Positions 9,835 through 24,400 of a stretch of 64,000 nucleotides of DNA are shown here, in pieces. The notes beneath the pieces were generated by a model. It was not told where the DNA came from, ran no database searches, and was given only the letters and a program-made list of their open reading frames with translations. This stretch comes from Ophelia neglecta. Lineage: Eukaryota. The DNA lies in the NCBI GenBank assembly GCA_965285935.1, contig OZ260662.1, forward strand, positions 82,150,001 through 82,214,000, in the 5' to 3' direction. Made by a program: the position numbers and the translations under genes. Every line of letters starts with the position of its first letter. Position 1 is the first letter of the stretch.

Positions 9835-11780
9835 CTGTGAAAAAAAGTAAATGCTTATTTTATCTTTTATTGTTTAGCTTATATAATGTCGTGTTTATCG
9901 TTCAGCAGCTAAAACTTGAGAGAGAAAGCAGCAATTGTGTTTCATTGAAAGCCATAATGAGCTAGCAGGTTTGCCAAAGATAGGAGCGAAATTGAATTTT
10001 ATAATATAAGTATATAAAGAAAGATGAATATTTTGCGAAGAGGCACTGTGACATAAAAGACCCGGTTATATTCTATACTATACAGGACTAGCTTATATTA
10101 AGAATATCGCCCTCCTGCTAGCTTTTACCGTCCGTATTAAAGGCGATAGCGGAAAGCAAGAGAGATCGGTTACATTATAGCTGAGACAGGCGAGAGTCAT
10201 CTTTGGTTATGGAAGCCATATAGGTTCCAGAATGATAAATCATCATCAGCTGGGTTATCAGTACAGATGATGTCTTTGAATGTCGCTGCCATTTATTCAT
10301 TTTGCCCCACAAACTCGACATGATTCGGTATGCTGTTTCGACTTAGCATCATCATGCTAGCTTTATCGTGCTAGACAATTGTTGAGGACAAATAGGCCAA
10401 CACGCATTTTAACAATCAATACACCAACTAAAATTGAGGGATATGGCTGTTGTGTTTTGGTGCGCTTAGAATCCCGTGTCTTTTACAATAATCAATAATG
10501 GTTTGTTGGCAGACGACATCCCGCCATTGTTGCCGTCTGTGGTCCCTCTTCCGGGATACGCGGGTGACTCGATTGGGATGGTTCCCCGTCTCGGGTGACA
10601 GCGGGTATTAATTAACGGGTGACACTGATCAATCAGGGTGACATTTGATAGTCTAATACTCTGAAAGGGCTCCTCACCGAGCGGCAGTGTCGGCCTGTGA
10701 ATAGCGATTACAGAAAGGCTTTCGATCGGGTCATTTGTTCGGTTCACAGCCACTAATGGTTCGTTTCAAACATTATAGTCCCTCAAACATTTTGAGTTTT
10801 GTCAGGCGTTGGCTCTATTCATAGCCTTTAATCGAGTCCAATAATTTGTCGTGTCTTGATTATCTATGAGTGAGTGAAAAATATCGAGGTTTCTCTATCA
10901 TATGGGCAATACCCTCACTGCGGTTATAACGCTAGGATGGACACGCATGCGGAGTAGCGGATAGGCTACAATGCCAGAAACACTGGGAAAAAGTTTTTTT
11001 TGCCAAGTCGATCACCGCGCGCGGATTCAGAAAAGGGAGGTAAAACGGCAATAGGAATGACGGAGATATAATTAATGCATCGGAACGGACAGGGTATTGG
11101 CCTGTACCGCGAAAATGGGTTTAAACTTTTGAATATATCTCTTCGAACAAGTGTGTGTGTGTGTGGGGGGGGGGGGGGAGTTAGGAGTCGATGCCAAAGG
11201 GTTGGTAACGAGATAATATGATTTTAAAGGGATTTCACAGCGGTATAAATCAAATTTATAGTCATAAGCATTATGCTATTAAACATCATTAAAAAGGAAT
11301 ATATGAGACTTAAAATGTTAAGATGGCGGGTCACCTTGTTCCTTTTTTAGCTACAAGCAATTATACCAGCTTCTAATCTTTTGTTGAACAGCATTTTGTT
11401 TTGCAGGTAAGTTCATGAGTCAAAGTGTTGATAACACTTCCGTTTCTGCCTAGTGGGTTGGAAACAAATCTAATGACATAATGTTGCCCCAATTATCTAC
11501 TTCGTGAATGGCTGAGCCCTCGATGACGCTTGCAGTACATATACTGTGTACAGTGACGCGCTGCAATCACTGATGAGCGCGGTTCTCAATACTGGCGTTT
11601 TCTTGTTATTTATTTTACCATTATTGGCAACATCGATTATAATAATATTCCAAAATGTGCTACTTCTGACGATATTAGTTGACAGGGTAACTTTACTAAC
11701 TTTGAACTAATGATATTTGTAGATGGGATACAAATGCTATTGGATTAACATAGAAGCGTGCACTCTACAAAAGATAAAAG

Positions 11781-11925
11781 TACGCTGGACCTCTTCCACG
11801 CGTGCACGGTTCACGAGAATAGCATGCTCTAACACTCTCTAATAAATATACGATGGACCTCTTTCACACGTTCACGGTACACGAGAATAACATGCTCTAA
11901 CACTCTCTAATGTTAGTACGCTGGG
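11781..11925. repeat. 68-bp tandem duplication (2 copies + partial)
   Basis: TACG.TGGACCTCTT.CAC.CGT.CACGGT.CACGAGAATA.CATGCTCTAACACTCTCTAAT repeated at offset 68. Confidence 0.85.
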
Positions 11926-14900
11926 CGTGAGCACGGCTGGTTCCCGTGACTGTGTTAGTGATTTCAAAAATCAATATTGAAATTACACTCAATTATTTTT
12001 TCATTATATAAACTTTATTTCAGTTTGAATAAATGTTGTATTTTGTTAGTTTATTTTGAGCATGTTCTCCGATGCCTGTAAAATCATGACTGTATGAAGT
12101 AGCCAGAGTTGGCTCTGATGTAACGACTGAGTCAATGACAGGGGGGGGGGGGGGGGGGGAGCACCAGGCTCATTCGGCCTGGTCGTCGTAAATCCCGAGG
12201 GCCCGGATATAAAGATTATCCACGTGATCTATGTACGCTGGTACCCCGGTGATCAGAGCGTGGTTGGCAAGGTTTATGACCCCATACCAGCCCTATAGAT
12301 CGCAACCAGCCCTTTAATCATGACTAAGCCCTTCAACATACAGGGAACCAGTGTATACTGCTCGGCATCCTGGTGTAAATGAAGAAATAAAGTTGCAACA
12401 CGTTCCCGTGAACAAACGTTAGCTATACATATACATATATATACATTCTATAGTCACATATTCTTCACAAGTGTAAATCATACCATTTCTGCGATGGCGA
12501 CTTGCGAAACCGCATTTTCTCTAATAGTTATTATTGTTTTCATTCAAGTCAATTCGACAAAAACACTGTGGTCAAAATACACAGTTGTATACTATTTATA
12601 AATAATGTCTAAGAAACGGCCATTACAGAACATATTTCCATAATTTTTAGAATGTGTTTAAAGATATATAGGTCATTCAAGTCCAGTTAAAGACAGCATC
12701 AGTTATCTTGTGATCTCACTCCTCGGAATCAACAAGACACCTGTCGACGCCTTTCCGATATAAATCATCCCGTGGAAACAATTTACGATACATAGCTGAC
12801 CATAATTTATTCGAAATATCGCACTACTGTCAGTAGATCATGGTATCAGCTGGAACAAAAGACGACTCCTGGAGCAGCCTTTGGAAAACTGCCAGTGGCA
12901 AATTGTCCAACAAAAGAACAACTTGGGTAGTTTACTTAACCGATCTAAAAGGAGGAGGAAAGCAATAGAACAATGAATGTCTCGCCGAGAGAATAAAACT
13001 TGATTTGACGGTAGACCACATGTGTGCGGTGTGGGTTTAGGCGGTTGAATGGCTAGTGGAGTTCACCCCGGGACTACTTCACACCTGGGTGCAGCTTGTT
13101 CCGCGGTCCCCATTCGCATCTTGGTATCCGATAATCAAAACCATTGGGAATCGGTGTAAGGCCCTTGATTAGATATCATGTTCGGTATTAATTGTTCCAG
13201 TCCTGCATAACGACGTCATACAGGGATTGTAGCGTCTTGAAGCTAGAGATTGCCAAACGCTCGTCCCCCGGGGCATTCTTTGGAATGATGCGGGGCATGC
13301 TGGGGGATTTCTCTAGGGACTGCAGCGTCCCTCGCGGAAGGCTCCCACAGTAGCGTTCCGAGGCAGATAACCATAGGTTGTCTCCCGGGAGAAAACTAAA
13401 CCCTCGGGAAAAAAGTGTGCCTCCGCATAAGCTGATTCGATTATGTTAAATTAATTGAAGATAATGACTTGTCGAGGGAAAGGCTGATATATTCTGATGG
13501 GCGAACTTTTTTGTCGGGTTTTAACATGAAATCATGAGGGATCCCGTCTGACAGCAAATCACACAAAGCGTAAAGTAGGCAGAAAACATCATGTTGTCAA
13601 CGGGTTGTCATTGCAGCCGATTTCATTAATTTCGGAGTTGATTAGCTAGGATTTTCCTGTATTTGTTTTAAAGTGGGAAATCAAATACCCAGGCATCACA
13701 CTAAATTAATGTGTACCGGTAGTGGCAATTAAAAAGCAGCAACTTACTGCGAAGAACACGACTGGGATTTGGTGCGTGACTGACGTGTCTTTATTGGTAG
13801 ATTTAGACCGCTTGTCGGCAGATTGCACAATCGGTAATGGGAGAATTTATCATGCCGACAAAAGCAGAGTTGATAAGGTACACTCGTAGTCACACAAAAT
13901 AAATCTATCTGCGAGTAATGGTCATCAGTGATGACGAGCTAGCACTGCGGACGGCTGTCACGCCAAACCAATGTGGCATTACCGACAGGCAGCCCCAGTA
14001 AACGCCTCCTTCAATTCATTTCAGACGCCAGAAATGACCATCAGAAAGCATGCGAAACATGCTGCTGGGGTGAAATCCATTTGAAGAGCATTCACGACTA
14101 AGCACCATGGCGAGTGTTTTTGGCAGGCAGCCACTAGAGTCTAGTGTTGAGAACGAGATTGCATGATCCAAATTGTTCTTCATACGCCTAAATCCCAGAA
14201 ATCGCGATGTGTGTGGCGACATTAGAGTGTGAATTGCTCCTAGCTACAGCATTTGCTAAACACCCACCATCTATTTTGACAAATAATCGTCCACCAATAA
14301 ATAGGAATTGTCTAAAAGTGGTTTGTTCAGGCCATGCCGTCCGACAAAGACAACACATAGATAACATGTAATGAATTGAATCGTATTTCAATTCAGAGCG
14401 CCCTTTTGGGGAACAGGGGTCTTTGTTTCATGTGGACAAAACCATTTTTGGCCGTTGAGTCATTTGGCAGTCTCAGCACACTAAGCTGCTAAGTGGTAAT
14501 GGAATGGCATGCCCGATTGCTTGCCCATAGACGCCTAGTCATTGAAAAGTGAAATCCTTCCCACCCTCCGCACGAAATGGCCATCTGTGAACAGCCTCAT
14601 TTGCGAAGACACAACATTTTGGCAGTGATTGGGGCATTAAGACCTGACGTGGAAGGAATTTTAATCGTCTGGTTGTCTTTGAAGACGATGGACGAGCATT
14701 TCGCATGAGATACTGCCTCATGAAGCCGGGAGATGTGGCGTGATTGGGAATAATTAAACAGTTATGGTCTCTTTTTACTAGTAATTGGCGCTTTTCACTT
14801 GACATATCAAATAGACTGTTTCTGTAATAAGATTAATCAATTATTGAATGATCCCCGGATCGACGCTCATAACATACATATTGTGCTTTGAAATCAAGGA

Positions 14901-15091
14901 GAACGCCACCTAGGGGCTAAAAGCTTGTACTTAGATCGAGTCAGGCAAAGGGTCCTCTTTTATATCCATAATTGTGTCCACATGGCTTGTCCATGGTTCA
15001 CTCTTTTAACATTATGATAAAGCTATGATGTTTTATTATTGATTTATTTTTGTTATGAAAATAATTACAGTGATCCTTGTGGGCCAACGTG

Positions 15092-15402
15092 CCCGTCTGG
15101 ATGGGGTGGAGGGTGGGGGGTCACTTCGTATGTCAACCTACGAGTGTCCAGCTATAGGGAAGAAGCACCATATGTGTTCTCTTATGGCAGTCGTGAAAAT
15201 GAATTGTTTTCAGAGACCTTTCCTACCAAGTTTGTCAGATTTCCCTTACCAAGGGTACTTTTTTCAGATTTCCCTAACCAATGGTATGTTTTTGCCGTAA
15301 CCAAATGTATATGGTTTCGGAACCTCCAGCTACACACTTGTATGCAAAATCTTTTGAAGAGGCTTCTCCCCCGCCCCACCCCCATCCCCACCCCCACCCG
15401 GG
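15092..15402. mobile_element. MITE with G-rich/C-rich termini and 9-bp TSD (Mutator-like)
   Basis: GCCAACGTG duplicated at 15083-15091 and 15403-15411 (11 bp if extended). Element starts CCCG..GGGGTGGAGGGTGGGGG and ends CCCCACCCCCACCCGGG. Confidence 0.75.
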
Positions 15403-18400
15403 GCCAACGTGACAGGACCGACATCACAATGTGCTAGCATCAGAAATGTAAAACGCTTTATAGCAAAGTATAGGCCTATATGTATAAACATAAGAAAACA
15501 GTCATCAGACATAGACCTATTTGTTGCGTGTCTGACTTGTACACAAGGCCATTCGGGTCGCACTCCATGAAGTTTGTCGGGGCAACCGCGTTGCCATCTG
15601 TCGTGCGATCTTATCTACGCTGTTAGTAGTAGGGCTTTTGTATATGACATCAACTATTTACTGCATAATTTTACAATCAACCAGGTTACTCAATCGAGAC
15701 AAAGTCAATCTTCGCTTCTACGATAATTATTATATGTAACTTTTGATTTCAAAGAACACGGGATATGCATTGAAATCGCTCCATTATGGCTCAGACTTGA
15801 GAAGTATTTATTTTTAAAATGGCACCATTACCTGCATGGCAATTGACAAATTAACTTTTATCTATGACCGTTAATGCCGTAAGGCAACCTTCATGCTCGA
15901 CAAGTTTCATTGTAGCCAGCTGCTTGCATTTCTATATACGATTACTAGGTTTATCATTTCATTTTAATATATGTAAGCACGGTACTTTCCTTGAGGAGGA
16001 ATGAAAGTTTATTAATATTATTATCGGCAAATGAAAGCAAGTCCTCCAAGACGTATATATGCGTCCGAAGGCAAGCTTAATGAAATTTCACTTCATTCCT
16101 AACCATTTTAAAAACGTAACTAACGTTTTTATAGTACATATTAAACCCAAGCAAGGCCTTCAAGCATGACAAAACACATTAACTTCAGATCTAGTATACG
16201 TACTTGGCATATTAACCTTGTGCACTGACCTCATGAGCCAGGGGTCAAACTTGTTATCGGCCATCTTGGTGATCATCTCGTGGATTAGTCTCATGGGGTG
16301 ATAAGCACATATGCTCAATATTATGGCTTGTTGTGTTTCTGTTAAATGAGCAAACTTGAAACAATTTTCCATATACCGGTATCCTGCTGACACTGACTGA
16401 AGAAAACTGTGGATTGCCAGTGTAAACTGTTGATCAAGTCAACAGTCAAGATTATACAGCTAATGTAAACATTTTATATCAGGTGTAATGACAACTTTTA
16501 CTATCAGCACTTTAAGCTACACAGAGCAAGATTGCAATATTATTTGTTAAAACATACTCTGCATGAAACAAGCACCGTAGAACTGTTGGTAAACACTTAA
16601 ATGTAAAAAATACTTATGTACAATTATCACAGCTTATCAACGGGGGGGGGGGGGGGGGGGTCATTATTGCCAAGTACAATAGTGGTCGTAAATTGGACCA
16701 TGCAATGGCCAATGCTATAGTCTAGATCCCTTGATATATTGCGTGACTGAGTGAAAGTCGGATTTTGCCGCCGGCTGATCATAAGAACGGCGTGTTTGAG
16801 TGCCAGGTGCTAGGTTTTATAAGGTAATGGCAGCCTCTGATAAGGCAGTAATCAAGTGACAGCTCGCTAATTAAGTATTTCCCGCCCGCTTATTGACAGT
16901 AATGAACTGCTAAATAACCCATGCTTACTAAAACCGTGCTGGCCATGCTAATATATCCATTTGTAAAAGCCACTTCAGGGCGTCTCCTTGCACTTTTCCC
17001 TCCTCCGACGCTTAAGAGGTTCGATGGGAATTTGGTGGGATTAGGCCGCGCGACTGATGCTGACAAAGAGGATACGTCTAACATCTTAATTGAGCACCAG
17101 TCGTGGAGCAGGGAGATACACTATCATAGGAGCACAGACTTTCCGCTCTATAATGGGGGAATCAGTGGCCTGAGACAAACCGGGGACTCGGAAGGGTTAC
17201 TGTGCCATCTAAATTGAAAGAGGCCCCAAAGCTGTACTACAGAATCCAGCAAAATTACACGACATATTCTTGTAATCCTTAGGTCGATCTTCGGGGAAAT
17301 GTCGGTTTAGAGTTTCTCTGAAATGACCAACATAACACAGTAAGACGGGATAAACCCTTTTCATATTATCTCGCTTGAATACATGCCTCAATTTCCTCCA
17401 TGTGACATGCACGACTCTACTTTTCTCATCGCATTTAGGGGGTTATACAAACTCAGTACGTGTACACATTTCACACACAGTGAATCATTATCAAGCTTCA
17501 TTATATTGAATATATTCAGATTGTACTTAAAACACAAAAAATAATAACTCTCAGCTGAAGACAGCTGCCTCAGCAGTCACTGTGTGTCTCATTGCTCGAT
17601 CAAACCTAGTTCTACAATATCAGAAATATCTGTAATGGCGTGTTATTATATTTCGTAAAAAGAACGGACGGGCTGCCTCGAGGCAATAATATTCATAGAC
17701 ATTAATCTTGAAGGTTATGACATCCGACTGTTTAGAAGTCAGTCAAGACAACGGAATACCCCATCCATCTCCGTCCCCCGGGCCTCTTCATCACAATCAA
17801 AGAGACCTACACAAAGTCCCGCCCAGGGCCTTCGTGTCTACAAAGCTTACGACGAACGCTACCGACCAATACCGAACGACCTTTACAGAAGAAGAAATCA
17901 CTGAAGGCGCTACGCTACCGTATCCGTTCCCCTGGTGAAGCCAAAGATTTGCTTTAATCTTGCTTTTCCCGCAAAGTAAGAGGCGGCTTGGGGCAGAATA
18001 GGTTCGGAATCAAGCTTTGGAGAATTGGCTTTATGACAAAAGAGAACTCATACTATTGCCCCTTCGGTGAGGCTTAGCAATCATTTTGCGGCGAAACTTC
18101 AAACCTTTGGACAAGAAAAAACAATCTAGTCTGTGAAGGGAACGGCGAGCTATAGACGACACGACACTGTACGGTTATTACCATCATGTAGTGGGAAATC
18201 GCCAGTAGGATGTCACTCTTTGGGTCCATATAAAACCATAACATTCATGTTTGTAACACGGGTGTTAATTGTTGTTAACAGCCCGGTTGCTGGGCTGTTT
18301 AAAGCTGCTGATGAACACTACTACCTGCTGGCTATTTGTCCCCGTACGATTGAGTAATTGTATTATGTGAGAGGGGGTATGATGTGTTGGGATACGCAGG

Positions 18401-21400
18401 GGAGGGAACACACAGAGAGGGTAAATGGTTATTGTAATTACATGATTCTTTTTCGGGTGACTAAGCTTTAATAGTGTATCTCCATCATCGGTTAGCAGCC
18501 CTTCATAATTAATATAAGCAACATTGGCTGTGCCTCGAGCTCAAATGAGTAGTGTCGCGGCCTGCTAATCGTTGATATCGGGCCGCTAATAAAGAACAGT
18601 GCCCTCAAAAATCATGTTATTGTTATATTAAAGACGATAATTCATATACTTTAGACAAGGATGTTATAGGCCTATATGCCATATAGAGACTACGTCTGAA
18701 CAAGGAGGCTAATATTTTAAAGTTTAGAGGTCAGATTCTGAACAAATCGCCCCGGAAAATAGGCCTTCAAAACGCTCGGATATGATCGTCAAACGGAGCA
18801 AGCCAGACAACTGAAATATGGCAAATTGACATTTGACAACGATGTTTTCAGGACCACGCGCACTCAGTTCTTATACGCCAGCACTTGCGCCATGAACTGC
18901 TCTACTAATTTTATTAAACACCAATTGAAGAGCAAATTGTAGGCTATATCGATAAGCTGGTTTTACCTGCGACACCAGTTACAGTATTATATGAAATCCA
19001 AAATAGTTTTTAGACGACGCATTTAATCTATCGGACTCATTTTGGAGATATTATTGTAGGTCACCCTAGTAATAGTACCCAGTCCTTTGTTTGGCTTGAT
19101 GATCCTGTAACCTCTTAACAATAGCAATAGTCACGCCCCTGACATTAAGGCGTCGGCTGGCTTGACTGACAAATCACAACACCACAACAAGAACAATGGG
19201 CCGCAAACTTGGCATTTTTACGCTGCCAGTGGTCATGATGTAATCAAGCGGAAGTGGGATTGTGTGCTGGGCTATATGACTTCCGGCAGCCCAGCCACCC
19301 ATGAAATGGGTGTAATAATAGTTAAGCTGCCGGAATGATAGCACTGCACTCAATTAGAAAAATACAAGCTTCGAATGCAAGGTAAGGCATCGGATACAGG
19401 TGTTGAAAACTTTGCAAGCATTTGGAGTAGAATTCATTTTTAATGCAGCCTCGATCTCCATTTACACGACGAAAGTACCTTGCATACAGCGGTATACATA
19501 CAACTGAATACAAAAGGCCACATGTTTTTTTGAATAACCTACAGCTTGGCAGAATTATAGAAATCTCATAGCTTGTTGATATCGCTTAGTTATGTTCACA
19601 ACTAAAACAAGGAACTTTTTATGGCTGCTTGAGGAGACTTCTAGAGAATTGATGTGAGTTGCCACTCCCACCGGTCCCTTAGCTGACTTGCTCAGTGGTG
19701 CGTACACTCAGGGCGGGGCCGTCAGCTGTTATGGCGACATAATGCTCCTAGAGATTCACTCACATCAATAGGGTCCTCTTCTAGCAAATCTATTAATGGG
19801 TATCATAATGGCTGTTAGAATTTCTGTATCCAAATATTGACTGCTAGTTAAATGGCGCATCAACAAACCTAGCGGTATGGCCCTCATAAAATATGGGTTC
19901 CCTTTGATAATACCAACCTGTGTAATTAAAACGTAAATACTTTTTTGGTTATTTGATACATGTTTGTTTTATATGCAGCAAAGGAGAAAATTAAATGGTT
20001 CTGATGATCTTTATCCAATTAGACCTCCTGGAATGTTTTATTAGTAAACATAAATATCTTTATTGAGGAAGACAGATCAAAGGATTGAATGCTACGTTAA
20101 GTCTCGGTGCATTCTCACGAGAAGCTAACTAACATGACAAATTAATGTAAGACTCGTGCTTCACTGATCCTGTGTCATTCCTACTACATGTCCTCGCCCA
20201 CCGGGGCGTCGGCGGCAGTGCCGACGTGCCCGTGGACCGTGGTGACGTCTCCAAAGGTGATATCCAAACTGCGCGAAATACGTTAAAGGTTAACAGATGC
20301 GTAGCCATTTGTGTGTGCTATTGATAATGGTATTGTCAGAGTGAGACGGCTTGTCATTAGAGCATGAGAGCTCAGCTTCAGACAAATCAGATATACGCGT
20401 CGGGTCACGTCTGGCTCACAACAAGGTATCACATTCTCTGCTATTATGTCAATGTCTTTATTTATAGTTCATAAAGACTGTGTAATAAATTATTCATTTT
20501 GAATAGCGCCTGTATATAAAAATTCTTGAACAGTTTTCACACTTTGACCTTATGAGAAACCAGAAGTGGAAGATATACTTTTCCATATGGTTTCTTTATG
20601 AAGAAACAGAAGATAAATACTCGTATATGCAGCATTCTGTCGTTTTTTCATCGGTGATTAACTTTTTTTGCATTAAAAGGCAGGCAATTTTCATATTCCC
20701 TTCATAATAGGTCGAATTTGGGGATAAACTCTGAAGTTAGATAGGCCTATAGGCCATACATGCCTATATGTGTCTATATTCAGAGTATTCTTCTTGAAAG
20801 AATATGTGTGTATTGGGTCGATTTATCTTATCCGTGACTTCTTTCAAACCATGTGTTCAAAGCAAATTCTAAGGAGTGATGCACTTTGATTATATCAGGC
20901 CAGGGTGGCCCATAAACACATATCATATTTCAAATAAATGCTTCATAGAGCCATGCCAGAGGATCAGAATGACAGTGTTTGGTGTAAAATAACAACAAGG
21001 AATATAGGCCTATAGGACTATTGATATGGGAACGTTTGCATGTAGTTTGATATCAACCTATATGGAGTTACCCAACTCCTGAAATGTGACCAATACCTAT
21101 AAAGCCAATTGTATTCGTATGGTTATTCCAAATTGGAGAGACACGGTCCGAGTGTCAAATCACCTAGTAACTCGGTCTGCTTGCTGCAGTATTAAGCTCA
21201 AAAAAGTGGAGCCACAGCTAGACATTGGAGATTAATGAAAATTAAACCAAGTACTGTATACAGCAAATGGGAAATCATTTGTGGGGCCATGTAAGATTGT
21301 AAATGATCATCTGACCACCCTGTACCACATCGTAACACATCACTTAATAGTGATTATAGTAAGATAATGCAATAATCACAAACAGAAGGATATTTTGTTG

Positions 21401-24400
21401 TTTTTGCCGGGACTACAGGTAGTGTTAATTCTGTGCTCCTAAGTGCTGCAATACACTGAATAACCCGCATATATATTTTTGGACCCAAGGTGCTGTTGTT
21501 ATTGTTGGAAAAATGGAACGAATCCCAATTTTGTGATGGAGATACATGAATTCTAATGGAAGTAATCCATCAATATGACAGTGAACAACAATCAAGATGA
21601 GACTATAATTGCACTGCGTCATATAATTCTTTTGTTTTACTTGCAGAGATATGAAAAGCCACAATAACAAATTATTTATTATCTATACGTATTTTTTAAG
21701 CAGGAGGAAAATCATGTCAAGAAATAACCATACGTGTATGGACCATCAATTTTACTAACACAAACAGCACCAGCCAGTCGATGTTTCATTTTAGCTCATT
21801 TTCCCTAAACAGGTTTGATTCTAACTTATGGTTAGATATAAGCATGAAGGGATGGCTTCATCAATATGAATATATATGAGTATTTGATGATTAGGAGTAT
21901 GGGCCTCTCAAGTCTAAGGAACTTATCTCAAATATGATAAACTGCTGATAAGCAAATAAAACTCTGTCAATAAAAAATATTATACCAAAAACAAGACCGG
22001 GCCAACTAGTATAGATATGTGCAAACGACCAGATGTAAATCAATTGTATGATCTATACATTTTGCAGTTAGTCCGTGATTCCAGCAGGAAGTCAGACGTG
22101 GCATCATGTCACGTCTCTCTACTCTCAGTGAGATCTCGCTGTCGCGGAGCTGGAGAGCCTCGTTACGGTGATATTGAGTGATGGTCCGTCGTCGAGATGA
22201 CGACTCACAGGGGAGTCATCGCTGTCTCGTCTGCTCCGTGTACACGTATAAACAAATTATCTCTTCTCCTCCAAACGACGCTTGCATGTTGAAGTAGACT
22301 GAGCCGCCAAATTTACAGCCGTGGTTTTGTAAATTTGTCTTAGTGTTGTGCTAACAAAATTCAAATGAACACTGGGCAAACTAAATGCTTGAGTAAGGAC
22401 TGTGCGGGCTACAAGTCGATGGTCTGGGTTTGCAATTAACGCACAGATGAAACGCATACTACGTAAAGACAGTGTAATTATGGCATTTGCTAACATTTAG
22501 AAACATTGTTATTGTATTGTTCAATAATAAAGTTACCAACTGAATAACTGTGTTTAAACTTGACAATAAAGTCACCTGTTCAATGAAAATGAGTAAGCCT
22601 ACAGCAATTCGCACATCGGCTCCCTCGGAGCATATTTTACTGTTGAAGCCAACTAAAAGTAGCTTTACTTAAACCCGACACAGCTGTGAAAATATGTATC
22701 CTTGTGACATAATTAAATAATATAGTATATTTCAATATTATGTTTAGTTTTGAAATCACAATAGTCTCATAATTCACCCTGATACAAGTCCCATCCATGC
22801 ACACTGAATGACACACGGTGGCGCCTCCATTGTATTGGGTTGAGGTAAGAAATCATGTTTTACACATATCAGTCGCTTTTTATACATCTAGCCATATATC
22901 CTACTGTTTATGCAGGTTATTCCAATTAAATTGAGCTTAGTAAGAAAATAATCTATTAAATTGTCATAGCTTAATATAGATCATATTAGTTTTGTATGTG
23001 ATGGCTTCTGAGAATCTTACATAAAAGGCACAGTAAAATTGCTATTTTTTATGATTATTACTGCTCATCTTTAAAACAAACAGTCTCTTATAGTTTGCTT
23101 TCCCTCATGAATAACAGAGAGGTATTTACAGACATTTTTTGTAGATTTTGGGTTAAGTACGTACTCTACTATGGCAACGACTAATTCCAATATGTTGTGA
23201 AAATGAGATTAAAAAAGTCGTTAATTGGCTAATTTTGTGTATTTTTGTCTAAGCCTTGTATTGTTGACTATTCTAAGTCAGTAGGCTATTTAGAAAAAAA
23301 GGAACGCGTCCCAATCTTTTTCTTAAACTTATTGAATTGTGGCCTATTCTAATTACCTTGCACCAATTATCAACATTGGTAAATACTGTTTTTATTTTTA
23401 TTCAACAAAATGATTTGAACGCACAATTTGGGGTTATAACCCCTCAGAAACAGCCTATAGGCCTACAGTTAAGGAATCATTTCACGGCATCAATTTCAAT
23501 AAGGGTCTTCATGTAATATTGTATTCTGTCCTACTTATGGAAGACAAATTATTATAATCTGTGCTAATTGTTTGCCTTTATATTTTGAAAAGTACTTCCT
23601 TAATACGGATTTAGCATATTTGCAAATATAGACCTATATGGCATTATCATCACCGTTAATTTTAGCTCTATTCATTTTATTTAGAATTAGTGTCAATTAT
23701 GTTACATTGCCAATGACACTATGCAGACCATTTACCATAATAAATACTTGTTATTTGGTATACAAATTCCTCAAGATATATGATTACTTTAGTCACTTTT
23801 ATATAATTATTCAAAACAATTGTGTTAGATTTCATTTAACGTCAATTTTTTCCTATCCTCACAAAAACGTTCCTGTGCTTATACAAACAAGGACAATAGC
23901 AACTGTCTAGCTTTTGTTCATCGCTGGAATCAGGTAAATCAAACAGAATCATCTGGGACTCATTAATTTTCCCAATTGCCTATATGGATCATGACTGTTC
24001 TTATACTCGCTCAAGTAAAACAGATGTTATCTGTTTAATCAATGTCATATGAATAATGTATCACAAGCTGTAAAGACTTTTGTGCAAGCCGTCGTTGTTC
24101 AACCTGAAATTCATTGGGAAGCCTTGAGCTGACAGAAAATGACTGGTTTGAAATATGGATTACATATCTGTAATGGCATAATAGCCCTCACTGTTCATCT
24201 ATTTACAAATTAATGACTTTCTGCAATAAACGACCCAACTGTTGACAATGCGACAGTAGAATTTGATATCAGCAGACTGCAGGGGAGTTGGTTTTGTTCC
24301 CACTACGGTCGACGGGTGGAGAAACGCATAATATTGGCAAAATAAACAGTCAGAATTGATTTTAGGTTTTAATTGGGGGATATAGCGAAGCGGGATACTA

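Noticed and set aside
17550-17585. CTGAAGA followed by a small stem (hammerhead-like)
   Set aside because: The required GAAA after stem II is absent.
19249-19312. HDV-like, twister or pistol ribozyme assignment for the pseudoknot
   Set aside because: No room for P2/P3/L3 between the P1 strands, no GG for P1.1, and no recognisable catalytic core; kept only as an unclassified structure.
22135-22156. REST/RE1-like site
   Set aside because: Half-site spacing is wrong and there are several mismatches.
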